From contig CANOUR010000012.1 in NCBI GenBank assembly GCA_947570265.1, positions 1 to 41,190 of the forward strand: 41,190 bases of DNA, read 5' to 3'. The notes beneath the pieces were generated by a model. That model searched no databases. It was given only the letters and a program-made list of their open reading frames with translations, and was not told where the DNA came from. Source of the DNA: an uncultured Bacteroidales bacterium (lineage in GTDB: Bacteria; Bacteroidota; Bacteroidia; Bacteroidales; Muribaculaceae). The stretch's first letter is position 1. Every line of letters starts with the position of its first letter. Position numbers and translations under genes: made by a program. Positions 24,454 through 35,689 of the stretch are shown in pieces.

Positions 24454-26625
24454 ATGAAAACCAAACATATATTCTTTACAATCGCGGCTTTGGCCGTTGT
24501 GTCTTGCGGAGGGCAACGTCAGCAGGTGTCTCTCACCGGTTATGTAGATCCGTTTATCGGAACAGGTGACCACGGTCATGTGTTTCTCGGGGCTAACGTG
24601 CCGTTCGGTATGGTTCAGCTTGGCCCGTCGCAGGTAGTGAAGGGCTGGGACTGGTGCTCGGGCTATCACTATTCAGATTCGGTGCTGGTAGGGTTCAGCC
24701 ACACGCATCTCAGCGGCACAGGTATCGGTGATCTCGGTGACATAACATTTTTGCCCGGTCTTGCACGCACCGACACAGTTTCACATTTCTCACATGCCGG
24801 CGAAGAGTGCCGACCGGGTTACTATAAGGTGCGTCTGGACGATAGCGGAATCGGAGCGGAACTATCTGCCACGACTCGTGCGGGCATCCATCGCTATACT
24901 TACCCGGAAAACACCGACACGGCATTTGTCCGCGTGGATCTCTCTTATGGTATCGGATGGGACAAAGCGTCATCGACACATGTCGGGATTGACAACGACT
25001 CCACTATATCGGGCTATCGCTTGTCCACCGGATGGGCCAACGACCAGCGGGTGTATTTCACAGCACGGTTCTCACGTCCGATTGTAGCGGCCGAGGTTGA
25101 TTCCTCCGTGGCAGTGCTGGCTTTTATATCCGATGGTCGGCCACTCCTTGCCAAAGTGGGCATTTCGGCTGTCAGTGAGGCCAACTCGGCCAAGAATCTC
25201 GATGCGGAGATAGAGGGGTGGGATTTCGATGGTGTCGCCACCCGTGCTGACGAGGCCTGGAATGCTCAGCTATCTAAAATAATGGTAGAGACAGCCGACG
25301 AAACAGAGAAACGGAAGTTCTACACCGCCTTATATCACACAATGTTCTTCCCTGCGACATTCAGCGATGTCAACGGTGACTACAGGGGCGCGGACGGCAA
25401 TATCCACAACACGGATGGCAAATTCACCGACTATACGATACTATCGCTTTGGGATACATATCGTGCCGCCCACCCGCTGTCCACGATCATACATCCCGAA
25501 ATGCAATCGGATTTTGCCAACACGTTCATAAACATCTATCGACAGCAAGGCAAGCTGCCGGTGTGGCATCTGCATGGCAACGAGACTAACTGTATGATCG
25601 GCAATCCGGGAGTGATTGTTCTTGCCGACTTGCTGCTGAAGGGATATGTGGCAGACACAACGGGCGCTTACGAGGCTATGAAGGCATCGTGTATGCTTCA
25701 GGAGCGGTCGCTTGGCGAGTTGCAGCGTTATGGCTATGTGCCGTTTGATGCTCAGGGATGTGAAGAGAGTGTGGCCAAGGGCATGGAATATGCCGTGGCC
25801 GATGATGCCGTGGCACGTGTGGCTCGGAAGATCGGGCGTGATGACGATGCAGCATATTTCGAACGTCGTGGCAAGGCATATGCCTGTTATTTCGACAGCG
25901 TGACACAATTCATGAGAGGCCGGTCAATCGCAGGCGGATTCCGTGACGAAAAGTATAATCCGTTTTTTACGGCGCACCGTGCCGACGACTATTGCGAGGG
26001 CAACGGATGGCAGTATGTGTGGATGGTGCCTCATGACCCCCATGGACTTGCCGGACTTTTCGGCTCTGACGATAAGTTGATCGAGAAGTTTGACCGGTTC
26101 TTCACCGTCGAGGGCGATCTCGGAGATGAGGCATCGCCGGACATCAGTGGCATGATAGGCCAATATGCCCACGGCAACGAGCCGAGTCACCATGCGGTCT
26201 ATCTCTACAGCTATTTCGGTCAGCCATATAAGTCAGCACCGTTACTGCGCCGTATAATGACCGAATTGTACCATAGCGAGCCTGCAGGATTGTGCGGCAA
26301 CGAAGATGCCGGGCAAATGTCGGCATGGTACGTGCTGTCGTCGATGGGTATCTATCAGGTTGAGCCGGCCGGAGGTAAATTCATCTTTGGCTCACCGATG
26401 TTTGATAAGGCGACGATTGATGTCGGTGGCGGACGCAGTTTTGAGATTGTATCCCGCAACAATTCCCGTGAAAATATTTATGTGCAGAGCGCTACATTGG
26501 ATGGTGAGCCATATGAGAAGTCGTGGATCGATTTTGCCCGTATAGCGCAAGGTGGACGTCTGGTCTTTGAAATGGGCCCGAAACCATCAAAAACATTTGG
26601 AACAAACGAAGATGCGCGCCCATAA
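24454..26625 (+). CDS. GH92 family alpha-mannosidase, lipoprotein
   Basis: Lipobox AVVSCGG. GH92 N-terminal signature VDPFIGTGDHGHVFLGANVPFGMVQLGP...GFSHTHLSGTG. 723 aa. Confidence 0.9.
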   Translation: MKTKHIFFTIAALAVVSCGGQRQQVSLTGYVDPFIGTGDHGHVFLGANVPFGMVQLGPSQVVKGWDWCSGYHYSDSVLVGFSHTHLSGTGIGDLGDITFLPGLARTDTVSHFSHAGEECRPGYYKVRLDDSGIGAELSATTRAGIHRYTYPENTDTAFVRVDLSYGIGWDKASSTHVGIDNDSTISGYRLSTGWANDQRVYFTARFSRPIVAAEVDSSVAVLAFISDGRPLLAKVGISAVSEANSAKNLDAEIEGWDFDGVATRADEAWNAQLSKIMVETADETEKRKFYTALYHTMFFPATFSDVNGDYRGADGNIHNTDGKFTDYTILSLWDTYRAAHPLSTIIHPEMQSDFANTFINIYRQQGKLPVWHLHGNETNCMIGNPGVIVLADLLLKGYVADTTGAYEAMKASCMLQERSLGELQRYGYVPFDAQGCEESVAKGMEYAVADDAVARVARKIGRDDDAAYFERRGKAYACYFDSVTQFMRGRSIAGGFRDEKYNPFFTAHRADDYCEGNGWQYVWMVPHDPHGLAGLFGSDDKLIEKFDRFFTVEGDLGDEASPDISGMIGQYAHGNEPSHHAVYLYSYFGQPYKSAPLLRRIMTELYHSEPAGLCGNEDAGQMSAWYVLSSMGIYQVEPAGGKFIFGSPMFDKATIDVGGGRSFEIVSRNNSRENIYVQSATLDGEPYEKSWIDFARIAQGGRLVFEMGPKPSKTFGTNEDARP

Positions 26626-27892
26626 TCCCATTACATGGATCCCATCGGCATATTTTGCCATGGGTCTGCCTTTCGTAGCCATCTCGCTTGCATCTGTCAT
26701 AATGCTCGCCGATCTTGGCGTGGACGAGGCAAGTATCACATTCTGGACCTCTCTTCTGATACTGCCATATTCGATAAAGCCTTTGTGGAGCCCGCTTCTC
26801 GAATTGTACTTTACAAAAAAGGCATTCGTGCTTGTGTGTCAGGCAATATGTGGAATGTGTTTCGGTCTGTTGGCCTTCCTGTTGCCGATTCCCGACTCGT
26901 TTGCGTGGCTCATTGCCGTCATGGCTGTCATAACATTCAGTGGTGCAACCAACGACATAGCCACAGATGGTATCTATCTGACCGCCATCGACAAGAAAAC
27001 CCAGGCTGAGTATATCGGTTGGCAAGGGGCATTCTATAATCTTGCAAAGGTGCTTGTGAACGGAGGCCTCGTTTATCTTGCCGGCACACTGATACGTTAT
27101 TTCGAGGCCACATCTCCGGGCAATGCGGCAACATATGCATGGATGGTCATAATGTCAATCATCGGAGGTGCGCTTCTGTGTCTTACGGCCTATCATTGGT
27201 TTTTTCTGCCCACAGGCTCGCGAAATGATGATTCGCCGGCTGATTTCCGTCAGGCTATGGTATCGCTCTATGACGTGTTCAAGGATTTTTTCACGAAACG
27301 TCATATATGGCTATATATCCTGTTTATTGTCTGCTACCGTCTTACCGAGGGTTTTGCAGTGAAAATGGTGCCTTTGTTTCTCAAAGCTCCGGTTGATGCC
27401 GGTGGCCTCGGATTGTCGAATGAAGCGATCGGACTTATCTATGGCACTCTCGGCACGGGTGCATTCATTCTCGGGTCAATTCTCGGCGGATACTACATTG
27501 CACGTTTCGGATTGAAGAAAGTGCTTTTTTCGTTGGTGTGTATCTTCAACATACCGTTTGCCATATATTTTCTGTTCGCCCAATTCCAGCCCGACAGTCT
27601 TGTTGTGATCGCGTCGGGGCTTGTGCTTGAATACCTATGCTATGGATTTGGCTTTGTGGGTCTGACGCTGTTTATGATGCAGCAGGTTGCTCCCGGCAAA
27701 CATCCTATGGCTCATTATGCGTTTGCATCGGGCATTATGAATCTCGGATTTATGCTTCCCGGCATGGTCAGCGGCATGATCTTCCAGCATGTCGGCTATG
27801 AGATGTTTTTCCTTATCGCTGTGGTGATGTCGATTCCGGCATTCATCCTTGCAGCGACAGTTCCGTTCACCCATTCATCAGAATCAAAATAA
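26612..27892 (+). CDS. MFS transporter, AmpG/muropeptide-permease-like (probable mannosyl-GlcNAc/oligosaccharide importer)
   Basis: 12 hydrophobic segments. IKPLWSPLLE motif typical of AmpG-type MFS. The ATG at 26612 overlaps the GH92 stop by 14 nt. Confidence 0.75.
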   Translation: MRAHNPITWIPSAYFAMGLPFVAISLASVIMLADLGVDEASITFWTSLLILPYSIKPLWSPLLELYFTKKAFVLVCQAICGMCFGLLAFLLPIPDSFAWLIAVMAVITFSGATNDIATDGIYLTAIDKKTQAEYIGWQGAFYNLAKVLVNGGLVYLAGTLIRYFEATSPGNAATYAWMVIMSIIGGALLCLTAYHWFFLPTGSRNDDSPADFRQAMVSLYDVFKDFFTKRHIWLYILFIVCYRLTEGFAVKMVPLFLKAPVDAGGLGLSNEAIGLIYGTLGTGAFILGSILGGYYIARFGLKKVLFSLVCIFNIPFAIYFLFAQFQPDSLVVIASGLVLEYLCYGFGFVGLTLFMMQQVAPGKHPMAHYAFASGIMNLGFMLPGMVSGMIFQHVGYEMFFLIAVVMSIPAFILAATVPFTHSSESK

Positions 27893-27904
27893 AATTTAAT
27901 TGAT

Positions 27905-28876
27905 ATGACATCACAGAATATGCCCTGGGAAGATCGTCCGCAGGGATGTAAGCAGCCCATGTGGCGCTTTTCGCAAAATCCTATTATCGACCGCTATCAG
28001 ATACCATGTTCCAACAGCATCTTCAATAGTGCGGTTGTACCTTTCGGCGATGGATTCGCCGGAGTGTTCCGGTGTGATAACAAGGCTGTGCAGATGAATA
28101 TATTTGCCGGTTTCAGCCGCGACGGTATTAATTGGGAGATAGAGCACGAGCCGATACGCTTCAAGGCCGGCAACACGGAAATGATCGAGTCAGACTACAA
28201 GTATGATCCGCGAGTGACATGGATCGGTGACCGCTATTGGATCACATGGTGCAACGGCTACAATGGTCCTACTATCGGCATTGGATATACGTTTGATTTC
28301 AAAGAGTTTTTCCAGTGTGAGAACGCCTTCCTGCCGTTCAACCGCAACGGAGTGCTTTTTCCGGAGAAAATAGATGGCAAGTATGCGATGCTGAGCCGTC
28401 CGAGCGACAATGGTCACACACCTTTCGGAGATATTTTCATCAGTTACAGCCCCGATATGAAGTATTGGGGTGAGCACCGCTGTGTGATGAAGGTCACACC
28501 GTTCGAAGAGAGCGCATGGCAATGTCTCAAGATAGGTGCAGGTTCAGTGCCGTTCCTCACCGATGAAGGTTGGTTGATGTTTTATCATGGTGTGATACGC
28601 ACGTGCAACGGCTATCGCTATTCGATGGGTGCGGCTATTCTCGACCGTAGCAATCCGTCAAAAGTGTTGTGGCGCACGCGCGACTATCTTCTCGCACCAG
28701 CCGCCCCCTATGAATTGGCGGGCGATGTGCCTAACGTAGTCTTCCCTTGTGCCGCTCTTACAGATGGCAAGCGTGTGGCGGTTTACTATGGAGCAGCTGA
28801 CACGACAGTCTGCATGGCATTCGGCTATGTCGATGAGATTATCCGTTTCGTGAAAGAAAATTCTTACGTTGGGTGA
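27905..28876 (+). CDS. GH130 family glycoside phosphorylase (beta-1,4-mannosyl-GlcNAc / mannoside phosphorylase-like)
   Basis: 323 aa; the N-terminus [40 protein letters not shown] is GH130-like. Confidence 0.8.
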   Translation: MTSQNMPWEDRPQGCKQPMWRFSQNPIIDRYQIPCSNSIFNSAVVPFGDGFAGVFRCDNKAVQMNIFAGFSRDGINWEIEHEPIRFKAGNTEMIESDYKYDPRVTWIGDRYWITWCNGYNGPTIGIGYTFDFKEFFQCENAFLPFNRNGVLFPEKIDGKYAMLSRPSDNGHTPFGDIFISYSPDMKYWGEHRCVMKVTPFEESAWQCLKIGAGSVPFLTDEGWLMFYHGVIRTCNGYRYSMGAAILDRSNPSKVLWRTRDYLLAPAAPYELAGDVPNVVFPCAALTDGKRVAVYYGAADTTVCMAFGYVDEIIRFVKENSYVG

Positions 28877-31122
28877 AAACGCAGATTCTGACGGCGCTAT
28901 GTGCCATGGCATCTTTTTTGTCAGCTGATTGTGCTGAGATGCCCGACACTATGTTGTTGCGCTATGTCGATCCATTTATAGGCACAACCAATTTCGGCAC
29001 GACCAATCCCGGAGCGGTTGTGCCTAATGGCTTGATGTCGGTCACACCTTTCAATGTCACCGGTTCTGAGATCAACCGTTTCGACAAGGATGCCAGATGG
29101 TGGTCAACGCCCTACGATGTCACTAATTCATTCCTGACAGGGTTCTCACATGTCAATCTCAGTGGCGTCGGATGTCCCGAACTGGGTTCTGTCGTCACGA
29201 TGGCAACTGCCGGACCACTTGAGGTCGACTACCGCAAGTATGGCACGACATATACCGGAGAGAAGGCCTCACCCGGATATTATTCTTCGTGTCTGGCGAA
29301 CTATGGCATACTTGCCGAAGCTACATCGACAGCGCGCACATCGGTGGAACGGTATACGTTTCCTGCCGGCCAGGGTAATATACTGATCAATCTCGGCATC
29401 GGTCTTACCAATGAGACCGGAGCATCCGTGCGCCGCGTCTCTGACACAGAGATTGTGGGTAGCCGTCTGATGGGCACGTTCTGTTATAATCCTCAGGCGG
29501 TTTTCACTATGTATTTTGCGGCACGCGTCAGCAAACGTCCTTCGTCTTCGGGCTTCTGGAAGATGCAGCCTGCCATGACCGGTGTGGAGGCCGACTGGAC
29601 TCCCGACAACGGGACATATAAAGTGTATACCCGCTATGGCCGTGATATGTCGGGCGACGACATCGGTTATTGGTTTACGTTCGATAATCTCGCTCAAGGC
29701 GAGCAGATCGAGTTGAGCGTGGGTGTGTCGTTTGTCTCTGAGGAGAATGCCATGGCCAATCTCAATGCCGAGACCGCCGGGTTTGATGACGTGTTGGCAT
29801 CGGCACGCCGGCAGTGGGCTGATCATCTGGGACGCATAGAGGTGGAAGGTGGTACGGAAGAACAACGCAAAGTATTTTATACGGCGCTATATCACACACT
29901 CATACATCCTAATATATTGCAGGATGTGAATGGCCAGTATCCTATGATGGAATCGGATGCCAATGGACATACAGAACGCGACCGATACACAGTTTTTTCC
30001 CTATGGGATACATATCGCAATGTGCATCAGTTGCTCACGTTGGTATACCCGCGGAAGCAGACCGATATGGTCAACTCCATGATTGATATGTATCGAGAGT
30101 GGGGTTGGCTTCCGAAATGGGAGCTGTATGGCCGGGAGACATTCACCATGGAGGGCGATCCTGCCACACCGGTGATCATTGACACGTGGCGCAAAGGATT
30201 GAAGGACTTTGACATGGATCTGGCTTATGAGGCTATGAAAAAATCGGCCACCTTACCCGGAAAAGAAAACCGCATGCGTCCGGATATCGATCCGTACATC
30301 TCACACGGATATGTGCCTCTGGGCATATTGAAAAGAGATGCGTCAGGCGACAATTCTGTCAGCCATGCACTGGAATATTATGTGGCCGACAATGCCCTGT
30401 CGTGGTTTGCGTCGGAGCGTGGCGACAAGGATTTCGCGCGTCAGCTTGCTGATCGAGCCAAGGGTTACCGTCACTATTACTCGACTGAGAGCGGCACACT
30501 GCGTCCACTCAATGCCGATGGATCATTCCTGTCACCGTTCAATCCCCGTCAGGGCGAGAACTTCGAGCCAGTTCCCGGATTTCACGAAGGCAGTGCATGG
30601 AATTATACCTTTTTTGTGCCACACGATGTCGAAGGCCTGGCTCGTCTGATGGGTGGACGCCGCGCGTTTGTGGACAAATTGCAGATGGTGTTTGATTCCG
30701 GACTATATGATCCGGCAAATGAACCCGACATAGCATATCCCTATCTCTTTGCCCGCTTCAAGGGAGAGGAGCACCGCACCGACCGTGAAGTGGAGCGGCT
30801 GCTCGGCAAATATTTCACGACAGCACCGGATGGTATTCCGGGTAACGATGATGCCGGCACAATGTCGGCATGGGCTGTTTTCTCGATGATGGGACTTTAT
30901 CCTGATTGTCCCGGAGTGCCGGAGTATACGCTCACCGTGCCGACATTTGACCGTGTCACAATTCATCTCGACCGCGAGTTTTACCCGTCAGATTCGATTG
31001 TGATAGAGCGGACAGATGCAGCCTCGAACCGTTTGACGCTTGGCGGACGTAACGTCGGGCGACGTATTAGCCACGATGATCTCGTGGCGGGTAGACATAT
31101 TAAATTTTTTGTGAATAAATGA
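28873..31122 (+). CDS. GH92 family alpha-mannosidase (second copy), secreted
   Basis: [31 protein letters not shown]...[16 protein letters not shown]. The GTG start overlaps the GH130 stop (GTGA). Confidence 0.9.
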   Translation: MKTQILTALCAMASFLSADCAEMPDTMLLRYVDPFIGTTNFGTTNPGAVVPNGLMSVTPFNVTGSEINRFDKDARWWSTPYDVTNSFLTGFSHVNLSGVGCPELGSVVTMATAGPLEVDYRKYGTTYTGEKASPGYYSSCLANYGILAEATSTARTSVERYTFPAGQGNILINLGIGLTNETGASVRRVSDTEIVGSRLMGTFCYNPQAVFTMYFAARVSKRPSSSGFWKMQPAMTGVEADWTPDNGTYKVYTRYGRDMSGDDIGYWFTFDNLAQGEQIELSVGVSFVSEENAMANLNAETAGFDDVLASARRQWADHLGRIEVEGGTEEQRKVFYTALYHTLIHPNILQDVNGQYPMMESDANGHTERDRYTVFSLWDTYRNVHQLLTLVYPRKQTDMVNSMIDMYREWGWLPKWELYGRETFTMEGDPATPVIIDTWRKGLKDFDMDLAYEAMKKSATLPGKENRMRPDIDPYISHGYVPLGILKRDASGDNSVSHALEYYVADNALSWFASERGDKDFARQLADRAKGYRHYYSTESGTLRPLNADGSFLSPFNPRQGENFEPVPGFHEGSAWNYTFFVPHDVEGLARLMGGRRAFVDKLQMVFDSGLYDPANEPDIAYPYLFARFKGEEHRTDREVERLLGKYFTTAPDGIPGNDDAGTMSAWAVFSMMGLYPDCPGVPEYTLTVPTFDRVTIHLDREFYPSDSIVIERTDAASNRLTLGGRNVGRRISHDDLVAGRHIKFFVNK

Positions 31123-32081
31123 TTTATACATTCGATCCGATACTAAAAACCACTATATGGGGCGGTGACCGCATCGCTTCGTTCAAGGAGATTGACAATG
31201 CGCCAGCTTCGGTAGGCGAGAGCTGGGAAATCTCGGGTGTCAACGGTAGTGAGTCGGTGGTGAGTGAAGGCCCTGACAAGGGGCTGACCTTGTCGCAACT
31301 TATAGCGCGACATGGAACGTCGTTGGTCGGCGAACGTGTTTTCAGCCGTTTCGGCGATCAGTTCCCCCTGTTGATAAAGTTCATTGATGCAAATGCCGAT
31401 CTGTCGGTGCAGGTGCACCCTGATGATGATCTTGCACGCCGTCGACACAATTCATTTGGCAAGACCGAGATGTGGTATGTCATAGATACAAATGGACAGG
31501 CTCATCTCAAATCGGGTCTCAGCCGGCAACTTTCACCGGATGAATATGTGAAAGCGGTGGCAGATAACACTATCGGTGACTATCTTAAGGAGTATGACGT
31601 GACTCCCGGTGATCTGTTCTATCTCCCGGCGGGGCGTGTGCACAGCATCGGAGCAGGGTGTTTCATCGCCGAGATACAGCAGACATCTGATATCACTTAC
31701 CGTATATATGATTTTAACCGTCTTGGCGCGGACGGACGTCCACGCCAACTCCACACAGATCTGGCAAAGGATGCCATAGACTATACGGTCAGTGACGACT
31801 ATCGCACGCACTATACCGCACGTCCGTGCGATATAACTCCACTGGTCGATTGTGATTATTTTACGGTGTCTCTGGTTGATACCGATAACTGCAAACTGGA
31901 GTTGCCACGTGTCGATTCGTTCATAGCCGTGATAGCTGTGGCTGGAGATCTTACGGTGGAGGCCGATGGCGAAATGATAGAGCTGAGGCGTGGCCATACG
32001 GCACTTATACCGGCATCGGTGTCTGTGGCATCGCTGCGTTCGGTGTTGCCTGCGCGTGCGTTGATAGCCTATCTCCGTTGA
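31119..32081 (+). CDS. manA: Mannose-6-phosphate isomerase, class I (Bacillus Pmi-like)
   Basis: DPILKTTIWGGDRIASF...GESWEISGVNGSESVV...QVHPDD. ATGA overlap with the upstream GH92 stop. Confidence 0.85.
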   Translation: MIYTFDPILKTTIWGGDRIASFKEIDNAPASVGESWEISGVNGSESVVSEGPDKGLTLSQLIARHGTSLVGERVFSRFGDQFPLLIKFIDANADLSVQVHPDDDLARRRHNSFGKTEMWYVIDTNGQAHLKSGLSRQLSPDEYVKAVADNTIGDYLKEYDVTPGDLFYLPAGRVHSIGAGCFIAEIQQTSDITYRIYDFNRLGADGRPRQLHTDLAKDAIDYTVSDDYRTHYTARPCDITPLVDCDYFTVSLVDTDNCKLELPRVDSFIAVIAVAGDLTVEADGEMIELRRGHTALIPASVSVASLRSVLPARALIAYLR

Positions 32082-32103
32082 CCTGTCGTTGTCTGATAGT
32101 ATT

Positions 32104-32152
32104 GGCGCCCTGCTTTCCCGATGATAGGGATTGCAGGGCGCCGTTTTTGTCG
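32104..32152 (+). terminator. Intrinsic terminator after manA
   Basis: 10-bp GC stem ggcgccctgc/gcagggcgcc followed by gtttttgtcg. Confidence 0.75.
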
Positions 32153-32169
32153 TGGTGGAATACTCTGTG

Positions 32170-32433
32170 TCAGTCTTTGAGCTTGTCTGCGAGATTTTGA
32201 GCCGCATCCGATCCTTTCTGCAATAGATCGGCGGCGAAACCTTTCACTTTCTCGGCTACTGATTCGGCCTTTTCCGATGCCGCTTCTTTCAGAGCAGCTG
32301 CCTTTTCGGCTGCTGTATCTTTCACGTCTTCGAGTTTTTCCTTTGCCGCCACTTTTGCGGCATCGGCACTTACTTTGGCTGCTGAGGCCGATACTTTTGC
32401 TGCGCTTTCAGCGATCTGATTCTTGGTATCCAT
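32170..32433 (-). CDS. Small Ala/Lys-rich helical protein with heptad-like repeats (SAAKVSA x3), hypothetical
   Basis: 87 aa with no hydrophobic segment. The composition resembles LEA/phasin/YtxH-C-terminal-like stress proteins. Confidence 0.45.
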   Translation of the reverse strand: MDTKNQIAESAAKVSASAAKVSADAAKVAAKEKLEDVKDTAAEKAAALKEAASEKAESVAEKVKGFAADLLQKGSDAAQNLADKLKD

Positions 32434-32493
32434 AGGACGTATTGTTTTTAGTTATGTGTTACATAAGCTAAAACAACAAGTAAGTGCTATGGT

Positions 32494-33366
32494 TCATATC
32501 CTACTGATCACAGTGGAGATCAGGTCGTTGATGGCAGTCTTGTAATTTGGAGTGGCATCGTGGCTCATGCGGTTGGCTATGATGGAGCAAACAGTCATGG
32601 CTTTGTGACCCATAAGCAACGCCAGGCCTTGCAAAGGCGCACTCTCCATTTCATAGTTGGTGATGCGACGGCCTGCGTGGCAGAACTTCTCGATGGAGGA
32701 ATTGAGCTGTGGATTGGCCAATGGCAGACGCAGTTCCCTACCTTGCGGGCCGTAGAATCCTACGGCCGAGATGGTGTTGCCGCGCACCATGTCGCCGGCA
32801 CCGATGCGTTCAACCAGTTCAGGATCGGCATTGACCACATAAGGACGTGCCCAAAGTGGATTCCAGTCAGTCTGATTGATGAAATCGGCTTCAAAATCGA
32901 GGTCGGCAACATCGTTGCGGCCGGCGTAGTAGTTAAGCACTCCGTCAAATCCGATGGCCTTTTCGGCGATTACCGGAGTGCCGAGCTTCAACTCGGGCTG
33001 GAGCGCCCCCGAAGTGCCGATTCTGACTAATTGCAGCTGACGGTGTTGGTCGCGCACTTCGCGGGTGGTGAAGTCGACGTTGGCAAGAGCATCGAGCTCA
33101 TTTATCACAATGTCGATATTGTCGGGGCCGATGCCGTGGCTCAGACACATGATGCGTTTGCCGTTCACCGTGCCGCCGATCGTGTGGAACTCACGCGACG
33201 ACACCTCGTAGTCACGTGTGTCGAAATGGCTTGCCACAAGATCGACTCGTCCGGGGTCGCCTACGAGTATGATGCGGTCGCAGAGCTGATCGGGATGGAG
33301 ATGGAGGTGAAATACCGTACCGTCGGGATTAATTATGAGTTCTGATGAAGGAATTATCTTTTTCAT
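32494..33366 (-). CDS. Nucleoside phosphorylase (PNP/UDP family 1)
   Basis: 290 aa; IILVGDPGRVDLVA...GIGPDNIDIVINEL...VRIGTSGAL...NYEMESAPL motifs of PNP_UDP_1. Confidence 0.75.
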   Translation of the reverse strand: MKKIIPSSELIINPDGTVFHLHLHPDQLCDRIILVGDPGRVDLVASHFDTRDYEVSSREFHTIGGTVNGKRIMCLSHGIGPDNIDIVINELDALANVDFTTREVRDQHRQLQLVRIGTSGALQPELKLGTPVIAEKAIGFDGVLNYYAGRNDVADLDFEADFINQTDWNPLWARPYVVNADPELVERIGAGDMVRGNTISAVGFYGPQGRELRLPLANPQLNSSIEKFCHAGRRITNYEMESAPLQGLALLMGHKAMTVCSIIANRMSHDATPNYKTAINDLISTVISRI

Positions 33367-33416
33367 ATTTTAATTAGTGTTCGGGTAAACTTAATTATTC
33401 TGATAGGATTGTGTTG

Positions 33417-34529
33417 TCAGGCCAGACGATAACGGTTGCCGGGTATCGACACGACCAATCCCCGCAGTTCCATATCTATCAACAAGCCCATCAGCCGGTG
33501 GGTTTGCTCGTTGAGAGACATCTGTAGTTCGCTGAGACGCATTTCTCCGGCTTGCATCAGAGCATCGACAATGCGTTGCTCGACAGGGTCGAGTTCGGAG
33601 AAAAGCTCCTGCTGGAGACCTTCGACGGTTTTGCGTTTCCAATTCATTGTATCGGCGATATCGTTGATGTCGGATACAATCCGGGCCATGTTGCGGGCTA
33701 TAAGATTGTTGCAGCCACGGCTATAGCGATCGTTGACGCGACCGGGCAGTGCGAATACTTCGCGATTATAGTCGTTTGCCAGCCGGGCAGTCACGAGTGC
33801 CCCGCCTTTGAGGTCGCTTTCGACCACCACGATGCAGTCACACATGCCGGCTACAATGCGGTTGCGTGCCAGAAAGTTGCCACGATGCACGGCGTCGGAT
33901 GATGCGTACTCGGTCACGAGTGCCCCACCTGACTTTACGATCTCGGCCGCATAGCTGCGGTGTGCGGCAGGGTAGATGGTGTTGAGTCCATGGGCAAGTA
34001 CTGCGACAGTGGGCAGTCCAGCGGCAAGGGCGGCGCGGTGTGCGGCCACATCGATGCCGTAGGCCAGTCCACTAACGATCACCGGCCGTTCGGCCAGTGT
34101 GTTGGCGAGTTCGGTCACGAGGCGATCGGTGAATGCCGTTCCGTATGCAGTAGCGTGCCTCGTACCGACGATTCCTATCATGCATGCGCCGTCGAGATTG
34201 CATTCGCCGAGAGCATATATCATGGACGGAGCGTCGTCGCATTCTCTAAGACGCACCGGATAGCCGCTGTTGTCGCCGGTGAAGAAGTGCGTGGTGATGC
34301 CATTGGCTCTGACGAAAGCTTCCTCCTGCCCGGCCTCGCGCAGTGCCCGTGAGCGCATGTCGTCGGCAAAAAGCTTGCTGTCGAAGCCCATGACGGCGGC
34401 GAGTTGGCTCGCAGTCATTGAAAAAAACTGCTGCGGATCGCCGCCAATGCGTGAGAGTATTGACTCTCCGAGCGACACATTCATTCCATGCAGCCTGCTG
34501 AATGCCAGTTTATGGACTAAGTCGCTCAT
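33417..34529 (-). CDS. dprA: DNA processing protein DprA (Smf)
   Basis: GIVGTRHATAYGTAFTDRLVTELANTLAERPVIVSGLAYGIDVAAHRAAL...VLAHGLNTIYPAAH...GALVTEYASSD...NFLARNRIVAGM. The ATG at 34529 (MSDLVHKLAF) is chosen over the Arg-rich ORF extension to 34691. Confidence 0.85.
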   Translation of the reverse strand: MSDLVHKLAFSRLHGMNVSLGESILSRIGGDPQQFFSMTASQLAAVMGFDSKLFADDMRSRALREAGQEEAFVRANGITTHFFTGDNSGYPVRLRECDDAPSMIYALGECNLDGACMIGIVGTRHATAYGTAFTDRLVTELANTLAERPVIVSGLAYGIDVAAHRAALAAGLPTVAVLAHGLNTIYPAAHRSYAAEIVKSGGALVTEYASSDAVHRGNFLARNRIVAGMCDCIVVVESDLKGGALVTARLANDYNREVFALPGRVNDRYSRGCNNLIARNMARIVSDINDIADTMNWKRKTVEGLQQELFSELDPVEQRIVDALMQAGEMRLSELQMSLNEQTHRLMGLLIDMELRGLVVSIPGNRYRLA

Positions 34530-34936
34530 TGCAGATATTTGCCGAATGCTTCGGCGAGTATGTCGCCGCGGGTGAGACGTCCGTTTTCGATGCAAGCCAC
34601 TGTGATCAGCGCTTTCAGCACAGGCTCGCGGCCGGGAAGCCGGTAGAGATCCTGCCCGAACACAAATCGGGCACCTTGGCGTCTGATCCACAGGCAGCTC
34701 ACGAAATGATCGGCCGAACGCAGCGGTGACTTATAGTCGATTTCCGCCCGCCGCAACACCGGATCGATGCCCCTCTGATGCATCGAGGCGAAGCTCAGAC
34801 CGGCCCGTTCGCAAAACTCGTGGCGGGTATGTTCGAGATAATTGAGGTATACAGAATTGTTTACGATACCCTGGTAGTCCACTTCATAGTCGCGGACTTT
34901 CATCTCAAGCTCGAATATGTAAGGCACTTGTTCCAT
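34526..34936 (-). CDS. Acyl-CoA thioesterase, 4HBT/YbgC family
   Basis: MEQVPYIFELEMKVRDYEVDYQGIVNNSVYLNYLEHTRHEFCERAGLSF. Its stop overlaps the dprA start by 4 nt. Confidence 0.8.
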   Translation of the reverse strand: MEQVPYIFELEMKVRDYEVDYQGIVNNSVYLNYLEHTRHEFCERAGLSFASMHQRGIDPVLRRAEIDYKSPLRSADHFVSCLWIRRQGARFVFGQDLYRLPGREPVLKALITVACIENGRLTRGDILAEAFGKYLQ

Positions 34937-35111
34937 GATGTAAAGATACGAAATTAATGTCTGAGAGACAAGCTTTGGCACAAAAAGTGTTAAAATTTTG
35001 AATTGTGAATGAAAATTGTTAATTTTGGACATCGGCGGTGAACAATGATAGCGGCCGACATGTTTCTAAAGCAGTTTCAATTAAAAATCCCAAAACAACA
35101 CTTATAAGATT

Positions 35112-35315
35112 ATGAAAGCATTAAATGTATTTCTGGCCGTTATCGGCGGTGCGGTAGCCGGGGCTACAGTAGGTCTTCTCCTTGCTCCTGAAAAGGGTGA
35201 GAAAACACGCGAGGATATCGTGGAATACCTCAAGAGCAAGGGCATCAAGCTCCGCAAGAGCAAGATCGAGGCTCTCGCCGATGAAATCGCTGAAGAGATG
35301 GACAAGAAGCTCTGA
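35112..35315 (+). CDS. YtxH-domain small membrane-anchored protein
   Basis: FLAVIGGAVAGATVGLLLAPEKGEKTREDI is the YtxH signature. Confidence 0.7.
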   Translation: MKALNVFLAVIGGAVAGATVGLLLAPEKGEKTREDIVEYLKSKGIKLRKSKIEALADEIAEEMDKKL

Positions 35316-35396
35316 CGCATCTGCGTGCCGATTACCGTTCTCCTCTCTTCTTAATCATTCGTAAATAATTGTAAAATATTTTCATCCATTCCAGCA

Positions 35397-35594
35397 ATGA
35401 ATAACCTCACACTCCTGTATGCATTCCTTGGCGGCGCTGTCGTAGGCGCGGGAGCGGCCATGCTTTTCGCACCTGAAAAAGGCGAGGACGTGCGTGCCCG
35501 TATCAAGGCTCTTCTTCGTCGCAAAGGCATCTGCTGCAACGATACAGAGATCGATGCCCTTGTGGAGCAACTCACCACTGAGATTGACGACTGA
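35397..35594 (+). CDS. YtxH-domain small protein (tandem paralog)
   Basis: LYAFLGGAVVGAGAAMLFAPEKGEDVRARI. Confidence 0.7.
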   Translation: MNNLTLLYAFLGGAVVGAGAAMLFAPEKGEDVRARIKALLRRKGICCNDTEIDALVEQLTTEIDD

Positions 35595-35689
35595 CGCCAG
35601 TAATACGGCGTGGCCAGCAGGCTGCATCGCGGTCGCCTGAGGGCGGCCGCATCAGATATGCTGTCTATCCATCCCACATCATCCGACCT

